Shown piece by piece: positions 35,231 to 45,647 of a stretch of DNA of 64,000 bases. The notes beneath the pieces were generated by a model. It was not told the DNA's origin. It did no database searches and saw only the letters and a list, made by a program, of their open reading frames with translations. Location of the stretch: positions 96,001 through 160,000 of the forward strand of contig CANJVR010000003.1 in the NCBI GenBank assembly GCA_947478395.1, in the 5' to 3' direction. Source of the DNA: Opitutia bacterium. Its GTDB lineage: Bacteria > Verrucomicrobiota > Verrucomicrobiia > Opitutales > Opitutaceae. How positions within the stretch are numbered: position 1 is the first letter of the stretch; every line of letters begins with the position of its first letter. Position numbers and translations under genes: made by a program.

Positions 35231-36466
35231 CTACGCCGATGAATCCTGCAAAATCCCTTCGGCCACGCGCTCACCACTCTCCATCGCGCCTTGGATCGAA
35301 GCCGAATTCGTGAAGTCGCCCGCTACCCACCATCCAGCCCGCACCGCGTTCGGCGCCGGCCGTTCGAGCGGCGAACGCACCGGCAAGGCCTGCCGCACGC
35401 GATAGCTGCGCAGCCATCTCCAGTCTCGCACGGCCCGACCGAACCAAGGTTCTAGTTCTCTCCTCAATTGGCCCGCCAACGTTGCATCGTCGCTCGGCGG
35501 GGTGCCTAAGACCGACACGGAAACCAACGCCTGCCCCTGCGGTGCGTAGCCGGAAGCCACATCGCTCATGACCGCGACGCTGTTGACCAAGCCACCTCCG
35601 GTTCCGTTCAACATCAAGGTCGGTTCGCCGGGCGGACTCGCGGCGGCGGCGAAGTAAGCGACCGTGACCGCCCGCCAATTGGGAGGCGTTAATTCAGCTA
35701 ACAGTTCGCCCGCGCTCGTCCCGTCCACGGCGACGACGATCCGGCGCGCCGCGACCCGCTCGCCGCCAAGCAGCCGCACCGACTGCGATTCCAACGCTGC
35801 CACCCGCGCGTTAAGACGCACCGTCCCCGGTGTCAGCCCCGCCGCCAGTTGGTCGGGGATTGCCTGCATTCCGGCTGACGGCACCGCCGTGTCCCCTTCT
35901 GCAAACATTCGAAACACGAACTCCAGCATGCGACTCGAAGTTGCGAGTTCGGGATCTAAAAAAACTCCGCCGAGCCATGGGCGCATGAAACGCTCGATCA
36001 TGCGTTCGCTGAACCCATGGGTTCGCAGCGCGGCCAGCGTGGAAGTTTCCGGCCGCGCGAACAACTCATCGATGGTCCCGCGTTGTGCTCGGCGCCGAAG
36101 CGTAGCGATCCGTATTTTGTCGGCCAACGAGCCCACCGGTGCGCGCAACGTCGCCCACAGCGCTCCTGGCTCCCGCCACGGATCGCTCACGCGGTGCCAG
36201 CGCCCGTCCCACCACACCCGCGCTCCGGCCGAGAATTTGCCCAACTCGAGTCGCTCGTAATCGAGCCAGCGCCGCGCCGACGGGTAGGCCGTCAAAAGCA
36301 CCTGAAATCCACGATCCAGCCGAAATCCATCAACGCGATCCGTCCGCACGCGTCCGCCCACGGCGTCGCTCGCTTCGATCACCGCACAATCAACCCCAGC
36401 TGCCTGCAACCGCCGCGCGCAGGTCAATCCCGCCAATCCCGCCCCCACGATCACCACGTCTTTCAT
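35231..36466 (-). CDS. FAD-dependent oxidoreductase (amine oxidase/protoporphyrinogen oxidase-like)
   Basis: VVIVGAGLAGL, EASDAVGGRVRTD, LDRGFQVLLTAYP, GD...SIQGAMESG. Confidence 0.88.
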   Translation of the reverse strand: MKDVVIVGAGLAGLTCARRLQAAGVDCAVIEASDAVGGRVRTDRVDGFRLDRGFQVLLTAYPSARRWLDYERLELGKFSAGARVWWDGRWHRVSDPWREPGALWATLRAPVGSLADKIRIATLRRRAQRGTIDELFARPETSTLAALRTHGFSERMIERFMRPWLGGVFLDPELATSSRMLEFVFRMFAEGDTAVPSAGMQAIPDQLAAGLTPGTVRLNARVAALESQSVRLLGGERVAARRIVVAVDGTSAGELLAELTPPNWRAVTVAYFAAAASPPGEPTLMLNGTGGGLVNSVAVMSDVASGYAPQGQALVSVSVLGTPPSDDATLAGQLRRELEPWFGRAVRDWRWLRSYRVRQALPVRSPLERPAPNAVRAGWWVAGDFTNSASIQGAMESGERVAEGILQDSSA

Positions 36467-37413
36467 GGCTTTCCGTTGACCGCCATTCGTTCGGCCAGCG
36501 CCAGGCCCGAAAGCGCCGCGCCCTCCACCCGTGGACCGCCAAATCCATCGCCCGCGAAGCCTAGGCCCAATTCAGGCAACCAGACACACGGCTGGCTATG
36601 CGTCGCCGCCGGCTCGCTAAATTTCCACCGCTGCAACGCCACGTGGGTGATGCCCGCGCCCAGCCGATCTGCGATACTGGGCAAAATCAGGGCGGCCAAT
36701 TCGGCCTCGGTCTTCGCGTAGTGCTCCGCCGAAAACACCGGGTTCAAATGCACCGTCACCGCTCCCGCGTCGGTTGCGGAAACGCCTTTCTTCGTGTTGT
36801 CCGCGATCCAACGAACCGGCCCGTCGCTGAGCGAGATCCCTTCCGCCGGGACGGCGCTTGGGCCGTCGAGGGTGAGCAAAAGCGCCAAACACGGACGATA
36901 GGTCAGCGCCGCCAATTCGGCCGCCAATGCTCTCGGCAATCCAACGCCGCCCGCCTGCAGCAACGCCAGCGACTGCGGCACCGGCGCCGTCAGAACCAGC
37001 CGCCCCACCCGCCAAGAGGGCTGGTTCTCGATCGATAGATCCCACCCGTCGCCGTCGCGCTGCACTTTTAGCAATTTGGCCTCGCGGTGTATCACCAGAT
37101 CCTGGGCCAAAAATTTCCCCAACGCATTCATGCTTGGCCGCGCGATCCAGCGGTGCTCTGAAGCCCCCGGCCACCCGGACACGACGCCGGCCGTCGCCCA
37201 GGGCGACATCAACGCGGCGAACGCATCGGATTTCGCCGTGAAGTATTGAGCGCCCGAGTCGAAAGTCGCTTGGCCCACTCTCTTCGTGGCCAACCGCCCG
37301 CCAAATCCCCGGCTTTTTTCAAAAACGACCACATCGTTTCCCCGCGCCTGCAACGCGCGCGCGAGCGTTAAACCAGCCATTCCCGCTCCTACGACCGCGA
37401 TTGTTTCGTTCAT
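36463..37413 (-). CDS. Renalase-like NAD/FAD-dependent oxidoreductase
   Basis: VVGAGMAGL, FEKSRGFGGRLATKR, FDSGAQYFT, AGDGFGGPRVEGAALSG. ATGA overlap with the downstream gene. Confidence 0.88.
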   Translation of the reverse strand: MNETIAVVGAGMAGLTLARALQARGNDVVVFEKSRGFGGRLATKRVGQATFDSGAQYFTAKSDAFAALMSPWATAGVVSGWPGASEHRWIARPSMNALGKFLAQDLVIHREAKLLKVQRDGDGWDLSIENQPSWRVGRLVLTAPVPQSLALLQAGGVGLPRALAAELAALTYRPCLALLLTLDGPSAVPAEGISLSDGPVRWIADNTKKGVSATDAGAVTVHLNPVFSAEHYAKTEAELAALILPSIADRLGAGITHVALQRWKFSEPAATHSQPCVWLPELGLGFAGDGFGGPRVEGAALSGLALAERMAVNGKP

Positions 37414-37776
37414 GAGTAGAACGCGGACACTCCCCGACTCCACTGACGGCGCAACCCCCATTCCAAAGCGCGGCGTATCTCCAAACAGCTAAGGCGATAA
37501 ACGGCGCAAAATTCGGGAGGCGCGGATAGGACATTTTCGGCCGTGCATACGTCGCACCCCGCTTTTTCCAACCACCGCCCTGGAGAGATTTCGGGCAGGC
37601 CCAAAATAGGCATCCCATAATTTCCGGGAGGTTTCCCTGCGCGTAAAAAATCCGCGTATCATCCTAAATTCCCGCGTGAAGGGGACAGTTCAACGATTCG
37701 AAGAGCTGCGCTTGGCTGGCCGAGGGGATTCAACCCGAGGACGGTTTGCATGAGCAAGACCACCAGCCGCGTCGAA

Positions 37777-37850
37777 TGGCTGCCCGACATGGATTCGAAC
37801 CATGACTAGGCGAGTCAAAGTCGCCTGTGCTACCATTACACCATCAGGCA
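37777..37850 (-). tRNA. tRNA-Gln (TTG)
   Basis: TGCCTGATGGTGTAATGGTAGCACAGGCGACTTTGACTCGCCTAGTCATGGTTCGAATCCATGTCGGGCAGCCA folds as a cloverleaf with a TTG anticodon and encoded CCA. Confidence 0.96.
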
Positions 37851-37926
37851 GTGATGGAGCGTGAGACAGTGCTTCCGCGACGCTGTCGGTCAAGGGCGGA
37901 AAACCGCCTTTTTCTCCTCCGAAAAA

Positions 37927-40659
37927 TCAGACGAGCGCCTTGAGCAATCGTTCGAGTTCGACGCGTTTCGCCTTCAACTCCGCGAGCTGGCGTTTCGCGC
38001 CTTCCAACACCGCCGGCGGCGCTTTGCTCACAAACGCTTCGTTGCCGAGTCGTGTTTCCGTGCCCGCGATGTGACGGCCGAGCAGCTCCAGTTCTTTATT
38101 CAAACGCACTTTTTCCGCACCGGCGTCGACCGCTCCAGCAATATCGAGATAGAGCGTGCCCAGAGGCGTCGTCGCCGCGGGCGCACCTTCGACGGCGGGC
38201 TTTCGCACAATCTCCGCTGCCCCTGCCATGCGCGCGATCTTCGCGAGATTGGTTTCGATCACCGCCCACGCGGGATCGCCGGCCGTCACGAAAAACCGCA
38301 CGTCACGCCGCGTCGAAAGATTGTGGTCCGCTTTCAACGCCCGCGCGCGGGAAACAAATTCCTTCACGTTCGCCACCGAGCCGGCCTGCTCCTGATCGAG
38401 CGACAATCCATGCGCCCCGATCGCCTTAATCCAGCGCGAAGCATCGTCGATACGGCCGTCCCGCATCAGGAACGAGCCCTCCGCGCCATAGCCGAGCAGC
38501 GCCCAGAGCTCCTCCGTGATAAACGGGATGAACGGGTGCAGCAGCAGCAAGGCCTGGCGCAACACCAGATCCTGGATCGCGAGGCAGTTGGGCTTGGTGT
38601 CTGGAGACTGGAGCTTCGATTTCGAAACTTCCACGTACCAGTCGCAAAAATCGTTCCAGAAAAAACCGTAAAGCGCCTGCACCGCTGCACTGAACTCAAA
38701 CTCAGAAAAGCAACGCTCCACCTCCCGCGTCACCGCAAACAACCGGTCGAGAATCGCGTGATCGTCCGCGTCGAATTGCGCGCCGTTCAAGCGCGCAACG
38801 ATCGCCGAAAGCGAGGAATTGTCGGCCATTTCGCCGCTCATCTGCCGGAAGCGCGAAGCGTTCCAGAGTTTGTTGCAGAAATTTTTTCCGCCCTCGATCC
38901 GGTCGTCCTGAAAACGAATATCCTGCCCTTGCGGCGCCATCGAGATGATGCCGAAGCGCAATCCGTCGGCGCCGTACTTCTCAATGAGATCCAGCGGATC
39001 GGGCGAGTTACCGAGCGACTTCGACATCTTGCGTCCCTGCTGATCGCGGATGATCCCGGTGAAATACACGCTCTTGAAAGGAATCCTTTTCTCCAGCGGC
39101 TGGCCCGGATGCGTGAACTCCAGGCCGGCCATGATCATGCGCGCGACCCAGAAGAAAATAATATCCGGACCGGTCACGAGCGTGCTCGTTGGATAAAAAT
39201 AGTCGTAGCCGGCGGTGCGCATTTTTTCCGCGTCGGGCCAGCCGAGCGTTGCGAAGGGCCACAGCCATGACGAAGCCCACGTATCGAGCACGTCGTCTTC
39301 CTGCGTCCAGTTTTCCGGATCGGCCGGACCGGCGAGCGAAATGTGAACCTTGGTCGCGTCACGCAGATCGGCTTCGGTGAGCGCTTCCTTGTTCAGGCCC
39401 TTGCGGTACCACACCGGGATGCGGTGCCCCCACCAGAGCTGGCGGCTGATGCACCAGTCCTGAATGTTTTCGAGCCAGTGGAGGTAAACTTTGCTCCAGC
39501 GCTCGGGATAAAATTTGATCTGCCCGTCGCGCACCACGGCCTTGGCTTCCTCGACGCGCGGGTAGCGCAGCCACCATTGCCAGGTGAGACGCGGCTCGAT
39601 CGGCACGTCGGCGCGTTCGGAATATCCGACGTTGTTCGCGTAGGCCTCCTCGGCGACGAGCGCGCCGGCGTCTTTCAATAATTCCGCAGCCTTTTTGCGT
39701 CCGGCGAAACGATCCAGCCCGGCCAGGCCCTCGCCCGCGAGCGCGTTGAGCGTGCCGTCGGCGTTCAACACATCGATGATCGGCAGCTTGTGGCGCGCGC
39801 CGATTTCGAAATCCACCTTGTCGTGGGCCGGCGTGATCTTGAGCGCGCCCGAACCGAATTCCTGGTCGACCGCCGCGTCGGCCACGATCGGAATCGCGGT
39901 GCGGTTGAGCGGACGCCAGACGGTTTTGCCGATCAAGGCCGTGTAACGCGGATCGTCGGGATGAACCGCGATGGCGACGTCGCCCGGGATCGTCTCGGGC
40001 CGCGTGGTTTTAACTTCGATGAACTGTCCCGGCCGATCCACGAGTTCGTAGCGGACGCGATAGATCGTGCCGTTGACCGGCTTCATGATCACTTCCTCGT
40101 CGGAGAGCGCGGTCTGCGAAGCCGGACACCAGTTGACCATGCGCTTGCCGCGGTAGATGTGTCCCTTCTGGAAAAGATCCACGAAGACCGTGAGCACGGC
40201 CTGCGAGTAATGCTCGTCCATGGTGAACTGCGTGCGGTTCCAATCGCACGACGCGCCCAGGCGCCGCAGCTGCTCTAAAATGATGCCGCCTTTTTCTTCC
40301 TTCCACGCCCAGACCTTCTCGACGAATTTTTCGCGGCCGAAATCGTGGCGCGTCTTCTTGTCCTTGCGCAGTTCACGCTCGACCACGGTCTGCGTAGCGA
40401 TGCCCGCGTGATCCATGCCGGGCAGCCACAAGGCCGATTTGCCTTCGAGACGGGCGCGCCGGACCAGGATGTCCTGGAGCGTGTTGTTGAGCACGTGGCC
40501 CATCGTGAGGACGCCCGTGACGTTGGGCGGTGGGATAACGATGGAGTACGGTCTGGCTTGGGGATCGACCTGGCCCGCGAAGCAGCCGGCCTGCTGCCAG
40601 GCAGCATACCATTTCTTTTCGACGTCGCGGGATTCGTAACTCTTGGTGATCTCGGCCAT
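37927..40659 (-). CDS. valS: Valine--tRNA ligase
   Basis: PPPNVTGVLTMGH, DHAGIATQ, TTRPET, DWCISRQLWWGHRIP, KMSKS and C-terminal coiled coil. Start taken at MAEITKSY. Confidence 0.97.
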   Translation of the reverse strand: MAEITKSYESRDVEKKWYAAWQQAGCFAGQVDPQARPYSIVIPPPNVTGVLTMGHVLNNTLQDILVRRARLEGKSALWLPGMDHAGIATQTVVERELRKDKKTRHDFGREKFVEKVWAWKEEKGGIILEQLRRLGASCDWNRTQFTMDEHYSQAVLTVFVDLFQKGHIYRGKRMVNWCPASQTALSDEEVIMKPVNGTIYRVRYELVDRPGQFIEVKTTRPETIPGDVAIAVHPDDPRYTALIGKTVWRPLNRTAIPIVADAAVDQEFGSGALKITPAHDKVDFEIGARHKLPIIDVLNADGTLNALAGEGLAGLDRFAGRKKAAELLKDAGALVAEEAYANNVGYSERADVPIEPRLTWQWWLRYPRVEEAKAVVRDGQIKFYPERWSKVYLHWLENIQDWCISRQLWWGHRIPVWYRKGLNKEALTEADLRDATKVHISLAGPADPENWTQEDDVLDTWASSWLWPFATLGWPDAEKMRTAGYDYFYPTSTLVTGPDIIFFWVARMIMAGLEFTHPGQPLEKRIPFKSVYFTGIIRDQQGRKMSKSLGNSPDPLDLIEKYGADGLRFGIISMAPQGQDIRFQDDRIEGGKNFCNKLWNASRFRQMSGEMADNSSLSAIVARLNGAQFDADDHAILDRLFAVTREVERCFSEFEFSAAVQALYGFFWNDFCDWYVEVSKSKLQSPDTKPNCLAIQDLVLRQALLLLHPFIPFITEELWALLGYGAEGSFLMRDGRIDDASRWIKAIGAHGLSLDQEQAGSVANVKEFVSRARALKADHNLSTRRDVRFFVTAGDPAWAVIETNLAKIARMAGAAEIVRKPAVEGAPAATTPLGTLYLDIAGAVDAGAEKVRLNKELELLGRHIAGTETRLGNEAFVSKAPPAVLEGAKRQLAELKAKRVELERLLKALV

Positions 40660-40759
40660 GGAATAGGAACCGCGAAGAGAACGCGTGGGCGCGATTCCCG
40701 GCAATGTCGTTTTTCACGCTTTGCTCCGCGCAAATTTTCGCCCCACTGTGCCGCTTTGC

Positions 40760-43579
40760 ATGGGCGAACTCCTGGAGCAGCATATCAGCACGCACCTCAC
40801 CTTCACGGGCGATGTAACCGCGGCCACCCGGCTGGCCGGCGCGAAAAATTTTTTGCGCGATGAGATGGATGCCATTCGCGCCCTACATAAGAGTGGCGCG
40901 CCGGGCTCAGCCGTGACCCGCGCCCGGGCCGACGCCGTGGACGCGTTGCTGGCGAAGCTATTCGACTGTGCCATCACCGCGTTCATCCGCGCGCAAGGTC
41001 CCTTACCCACGCCCGTCGCGCTGGTGGCTCTCGGTGGTTATGGCCGCGCGGAACTGGCCCCATGGAGCGACATCGACGTGATGTTTCTTTTTCCAGCGAA
41101 GACCAAGCCGGCGATCGCTAAACCGCTACAGGAGCACCTGACGCAGGAAATTCTGTATCCCCTTTGGGACTCCGGCCTGAAAGTCGGCCACTCCACCCGG
41201 ACGCTCGACGAGGTTTTTGTCGAGGCGCGCAAAGACATCCAAACCAAGACCGCGCTCCTGGAAGCCCGCCTGATTGCCGGTTCCGCGGCGCTTTACGAAA
41301 CTTTCGACAAGACTTACCGCAATTTCTACACGGGCGAGGAGCCCAAGGCCTACATCACGGCCCGCCTCGAAGACCAAGCCTCTCGGCGCGCGAAATTCGC
41401 CAACACGGTTTTCAATCAGGAGCCCGACATCAAAAACGGCGTCGGCGGCCTGCGCGATTACCAGAATGCGGTTTGGATGGCGCGAGTGAAACTCGGGATT
41501 ACCAGTCTCGACGACCTCGCAGCGCAGAACTACCTCAAGGCCGCGGACGTCGAGACGGCCCGCAACGCCTACGATTTTCTCCTCCGTGTGCGCAACGAGC
41601 TGCACTTCATGAGCCCGCGGCCGACGGACACGCTCAACCTTGATACCCAGCCGCCGCTGGCGCTCAACCTCGGCTATCTTGAACCGGATTTGCTGCTGCG
41701 CATCGAGCGGTTCATGCAGGACTACTATCGTGCGGTGCAGGAAATTTTCCGGGTTTCCAAACTTGTCGAGAGCCGCCTCGCCCTTGGTCTAACGAGCGGC
41801 AGTCAGGGCCTAAAGGGTTCGATTCGCGACGCGCTACGGATCAATCGCCTGCAACGTTCGAAGCGAATCGACGGCTTCGTCGTGCGCGGACGGGAACTCG
41901 CCGCCGAACGGCCGACCGTCTTCACCGAGGACCCGGTGCGGCTCATCCGTGTTTTTCGCCATGGGCAGCAACTGAACTGCACCCTCGATTTTCATCTCAC
42001 CGAACTCATTCGCGAGTCGCTGCCCCTGCTCACGCCCGCCGTCGCGCATTCGAACGATGCCAGCGTGACGCTGCGCGCGATCCTGTCCGAAGCCGGCTCA
42101 GTGTACCCGGCGCTCTCCCAGATGCACGAACTGCGCGTCCTCGGCCGGTTCCTCCCGGAGTTCGACGCGCTCACCTGTCTGGTGCAGCACGAATACTATC
42201 ACCGCTACACGGCGGACGTGCACACGTTGAACGCGATCAAGGAGCTGGACCGCATCTACACGGAGGCGGAGCCCATCACATTGAAGTATCGCGAGGTGCT
42301 TCATGAATTCTCCGACCACGCGTTGCTTTACCTCACGCTGTTATTGCACGACATCGGCAAAGCCGAAGGGATTCGCGGTCACTCCGAGTCGGGCGTGCGG
42401 CTGGCGCAGCCGCTGCTGGAACGGTTTGGCGTGTCGACGGAAGGGCGTGAACGCGTGGCCTTCGTGATAAAAAATCATCTCGCGATGGCACGATTCTGGC
42501 AGAAGCGTGACGTAGATGATCCCAACACCGCCGCCGCATTTGCCGACCTCGTCGTCGATGCCGACCGCCTGCGGATGCTCTACGTTCACACGTTCTGCGA
42601 CGCTCGCGCCACCGCCGCCGATCTCTGGAACAGTTACAAGGACACGCTTCACACCACGCTCTACCGCGCGACGTTAGAACGCCTCAAACACGGCCCCAAT
42701 CTCGCTGCCAACCACGAAGCCAAGAAGCTCATGACGCAACAGGAACTCATCGCCAAACGCATCCCCGGCATCAGCGAAGACGAGATCACCGCGCACTTCA
42801 GCTTGCTGCCGGACCGTTATTTTATCCACACGGATGGCAGCGAAATCGCGCTGCACATTCAGATGGTGAATAAATTATTCACCTCGATCGCCACGGCCGA
42901 TTCGGTGGGCTCATTGCGTCCGGTGATCGACTGGAAAGACGACCTGAACCGTTCGCTCACCGTCGTGAACATCGTGACGTGGGATCGGGCCGGCCTCTTC
43001 TATAAACTCGCCGGCGCGCTCAGCGTGGCGGGCTTGAGCATTCTCGGCGCGAAGGTAATTTCCCGCACCGACCACATCGCGATCGATACCTTCTACGTCG
43101 TCGAACCGGGCCGCGGCGTCGTGCAGAGTGCTGCCGCGCAGGAGATTTTCGCCAAGACGATCGAGGCGGCCCTCGTGGGCAACAAGGATCTGTACCCTGA
43201 AATCGTCGCCCAGGCGAAAAAGATTGCCGCTTCGCGCTATCTTTCGGCGCCGAACGGCGAAGCGTTGCACAGCTCCTTTCCGCCCACCGTCGAAGTCTAT
43301 CACGAACTTTCGATGCAGCGCACGATCGTCGAGATCCAGGCGCGCGATCAGATCGGCCTGCTGTACCGGCTGGCGAAAATCATTTCGGACCACAGCTTCG
43401 ACATCACGTTTGCCCGCATCGGCACCGAGCGCGGCGTCGCGATCGACACATTCTACATTGAGAGCGCGAATCACGCGCCGGTGGAAAACCCGGAACGCCT
43501 GCACGCCCTGCGCGAAGCGTTGGCCGAGGTCATCTCGATCGCACCCGTCGTCGCACCCTTAGCGGCGGTGGGCAGTTAG
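40760..43579 (+). CDS. glnD: [Protein-PII] uridylyltransferase / uridylyl-removing enzyme
   Basis: ALGGYGRAELAPWSDIDV, EPDIKNGVGGLRD, YHRYTADVH, LLHDIGK HD domain and two ACT domains (DRAGLF, DQIGLL). Confidence 0.95.
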   Translation: MGELLEQHISTHLTFTGDVTAATRLAGAKNFLRDEMDAIRALHKSGAPGSAVTRARADAVDALLAKLFDCAITAFIRAQGPLPTPVALVALGGYGRAELAPWSDIDVMFLFPAKTKPAIAKPLQEHLTQEILYPLWDSGLKVGHSTRTLDEVFVEARKDIQTKTALLEARLIAGSAALYETFDKTYRNFYTGEEPKAYITARLEDQASRRAKFANTVFNQEPDIKNGVGGLRDYQNAVWMARVKLGITSLDDLAAQNYLKAADVETARNAYDFLLRVRNELHFMSPRPTDTLNLDTQPPLALNLGYLEPDLLLRIERFMQDYYRAVQEIFRVSKLVESRLALGLTSGSQGLKGSIRDALRINRLQRSKRIDGFVVRGRELAAERPTVFTEDPVRLIRVFRHGQQLNCTLDFHLTELIRESLPLLTPAVAHSNDASVTLRAILSEAGSVYPALSQMHELRVLGRFLPEFDALTCLVQHEYYHRYTADVHTLNAIKELDRIYTEAEPITLKYREVLHEFSDHALLYLTLLLHDIGKAEGIRGHSESGVRLAQPLLERFGVSTEGRERVAFVIKNHLAMARFWQKRDVDDPNTAAAFADLVVDADRLRMLYVHTFCDARATAADLWNSYKDTLHTTLYRATLERLKHGPNLAANHEAKKLMTQQELIAKRIPGISEDEITAHFSLLPDRYFIHTDGSEIALHIQMVNKLFTSIATADSVGSLRPVIDWKDDLNRSLTVVNIVTWDRAGLFYKLAGALSVAGLSILGAKVISRTDHIAIDTFYVVEPGRGVVQSAAAQEIFAKTIEAALVGNKDLYPEIVAQAKKIAASRYLSAPNGEALHSSFPPTVEVYHELSMQRTIVEIQARDQIGLLYRLAKIISDHSFDITFARIGTERGVAIDTFYIESANHAPVENPERLHALREALAEVISIAPVVAPLAAVGS

Positions 43580-43660
43580 GGCCGCCGGGGCCGAAGGTAG
43601 GGCGGGCACCTCCCGAACTTTTCCTTGCACGCCTTTCGTGCGCTCGCCCGACTGGATTGC

Positions 43661-45364
43661 ATGCCAGCGCCGACGTCCGCCGCCTCCCATTTGATCACAC
43701 TGGGACGCATCACCGCCCTCGGCCTGCACAGCGAGGACGCGTCGAGTGTTCTTCCCCAGCTTCTAGGGGAATTGTTGCAACATTTCAACGCGTCCGCGGG
43801 TTCGATCTCCCTGCTCAACCCCGATTCTGGACGGCTTGAGATCGAGGCCCAATTCGGCTTACCCGAGGACTATCGCGAGGTGGCCCTTCGACTCGGCCAG
43901 GGTATCACCGGCTGGGTCGCCTTTCATGGCCGGCCGCAACTCGTACCCGACGTCGCGCGCGATCATCGCTACGTTCGTATCCGGCCGACCGCCTGCGCCG
44001 AGATCGCCGCGCCCATGGAAGACCATGGTCAGGTGCTCGGCGTGATCAGCCTCGATAGCGATACGCCCGGCGCGTTTACCGAGTCCGATCTGCAGCTGCT
44101 GATGCGTTTCACCGCCGAGATCACCGCGGTCCTGCAGCGCCTCTGGCAGCTGGGCCACCTGAAAGCGAAGGCGCGCCAGCTTGAAACGCTGATCACCACC
44201 GGCCAGTCGCTCGTCGCGAAACTCGAACCGCAAGAGCTATTTGACACCCTCGCCCGCGATGCCCGCACCGTGCTCTCCGCCCGCGCGTGCGCGCTTTACC
44301 TGTACGATCCCGTGGCAGCGACGTTGCGTTTCGCCGCGCTCACCAGCGCGCAGCTCACTCCTTTACCCGCAGAAAACCTCGCGCTCAACTCCTGCGCATT
44401 TGCGGGCGCGGTCACGACCCGCCGGGCGGTCACGTTTCAGAATATCCAGTCGCCCGAATTTCACGACCTGCTCGACCTGCCGCGGGATCCGTCCCTGCAC
44501 TCCGTTCTCGCCATCCCTCTGGTTTTCGAAGGCGAGGTCTTGGGCGTCCTCGCGATCTTCACCGATCGACCCCACCGCTTCGACAACGACGAGAAACGGC
44601 TCTGCGCCGCCCTCGCCTCGCTCGGCGCGGTCGCGTTGCAAAACTCCCGGCTCTACACGCGGGTGTTTCAAAGCGAGGATTCGCTGCGCAAGAACGAGCG
44701 CCTCACCACCCTTGGCCTGCTCGCCGCCGAAATCGCGCACGAGATCCGCAATCCGCTTACGGTGCTCAAACTGCTTCATGGCGGCTTGGGACTCGATTTT
44801 CCCGACGGCGATCCGCGCCAAACCGACATGCGCGTCATCGGCGACAAACTCGACCAGCTCGAGGCCATCGTCACGCGGGTCCTCAATTTCGCGAAGGCAC
44901 CGACGAGCCTCCACACGCGCTGTTCGCTCGCCGAAATCATCCAGGACACGTTTGTCCTGATCCGGCTGAAGCTCGCGCAGAGCAAAATCTCGCTGCACTT
45001 CGACGCGCCCCAACGTCCGTTCGTCGTCGAAGGCCATCAAGGTCAGCTGCAGCAGGTGCTCCTGAATCTGATCCTCAACGCGATGCAGGCGATGCCGGAA
45101 GGGGGCACGATCACGCTCACGTTGACCGCGCGGTTGCTCGACCCGGGGTCCGTGGCCGTGCTCGACATCATCGACACCGGCACGGGCATTCCCGTGGCCA
45201 TTCGCGAGCGCATCTTCGATTCATTCCTTTCGGGCCGGCCGGGAGGGACCGGCTTGGGGCTCGCCATCGCCAAACGCGTGCTCCTTTCCCACCATGGTGA
45301 CATCGCGCTCGTCAGCACCAGCAACGCCGGTACCACCATGCGCCTCACCCTCCCGCTCGTATGA
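43661..45364 (+). CDS. Cytoplasmic double-GAF sensor histidine kinase
   Basis: Two GAF domains (GQGITGWVA; SVLAIPL), H-box AEIAHEIRNPL, N-box QVLLNLILNA, DTGTGI, GTGLGLAI. Confidence 0.9.
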   Translation: MPAPTSAASHLITLGRITALGLHSEDASSVLPQLLGELLQHFNASAGSISLLNPDSGRLEIEAQFGLPEDYREVALRLGQGITGWVAFHGRPQLVPDVARDHRYVRIRPTACAEIAAPMEDHGQVLGVISLDSDTPGAFTESDLQLLMRFTAEITAVLQRLWQLGHLKAKARQLETLITTGQSLVAKLEPQELFDTLARDARTVLSARACALYLYDPVAATLRFAALTSAQLTPLPAENLALNSCAFAGAVTTRRAVTFQNIQSPEFHDLLDLPRDPSLHSVLAIPLVFEGEVLGVLAIFTDRPHRFDNDEKRLCAALASLGAVALQNSRLYTRVFQSEDSLRKNERLTTLGLLAAEIAHEIRNPLTVLKLLHGGLGLDFPDGDPRQTDMRVIGDKLDQLEAIVTRVLNFAKAPTSLHTRCSLAEIIQDTFVLIRLKLAQSKISLHFDAPQRPFVVEGHQGQLQQVLLNLILNAMQAMPEGGTITLTLTARLLDPGSVAVLDIIDTGTGIPVAIRERIFDSFLSGRPGGTGLGLAIAKRVLLSHHGDIALVSTSNAGTTMRLTLPLV

Positions 45365-45419
45365 GTCGTATCCAGCCCAAAATCCGCCCCGCCTCACGCT
45401 ACTGCGGTTGAAATAATTT

Positions 45420-45647
45420 ATGGACGCCGAGAATCCACCCCCGCCAGAGCAGACCCCGAACGAGTCGACCCAGCGCCAGCGCACGACCGTTTATTTCGGG
45501 TGCGCACTTCTCATTTCCTATGCGGTCATCCTGCTGGCCCTGCCCAGCGCGAAACTTTCGCTCCCCGCCCGACTGGCCTTCGCGGCCGGCAACCTGGTGG
45601 CCGCGGCGGTGCTCTGGCTGGTCGCCCGGCAGAGTTCGAAAAAATAA
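45420..45647 (+). CDS. Small two-TM membrane protein
   Basis: 75 aa with two hydrophobic segments and a basic C-terminus. Confidence 0.6.
   Translation: MDAENPPPPEQTPNESTQRQRTTVYFGCALLISYAVILLALPSAKLSLPARLAFAAGNLVAAAVLWLVARQSSKK

Noticed and set aside
37861..39270. 469-aa + strand ORF and other long antisense ORFs (576..1841, 19706..20851, 22466..23617, 52541..53728)
   Set aside because: Typical high-GC antisense shadows of clearly identified genes.
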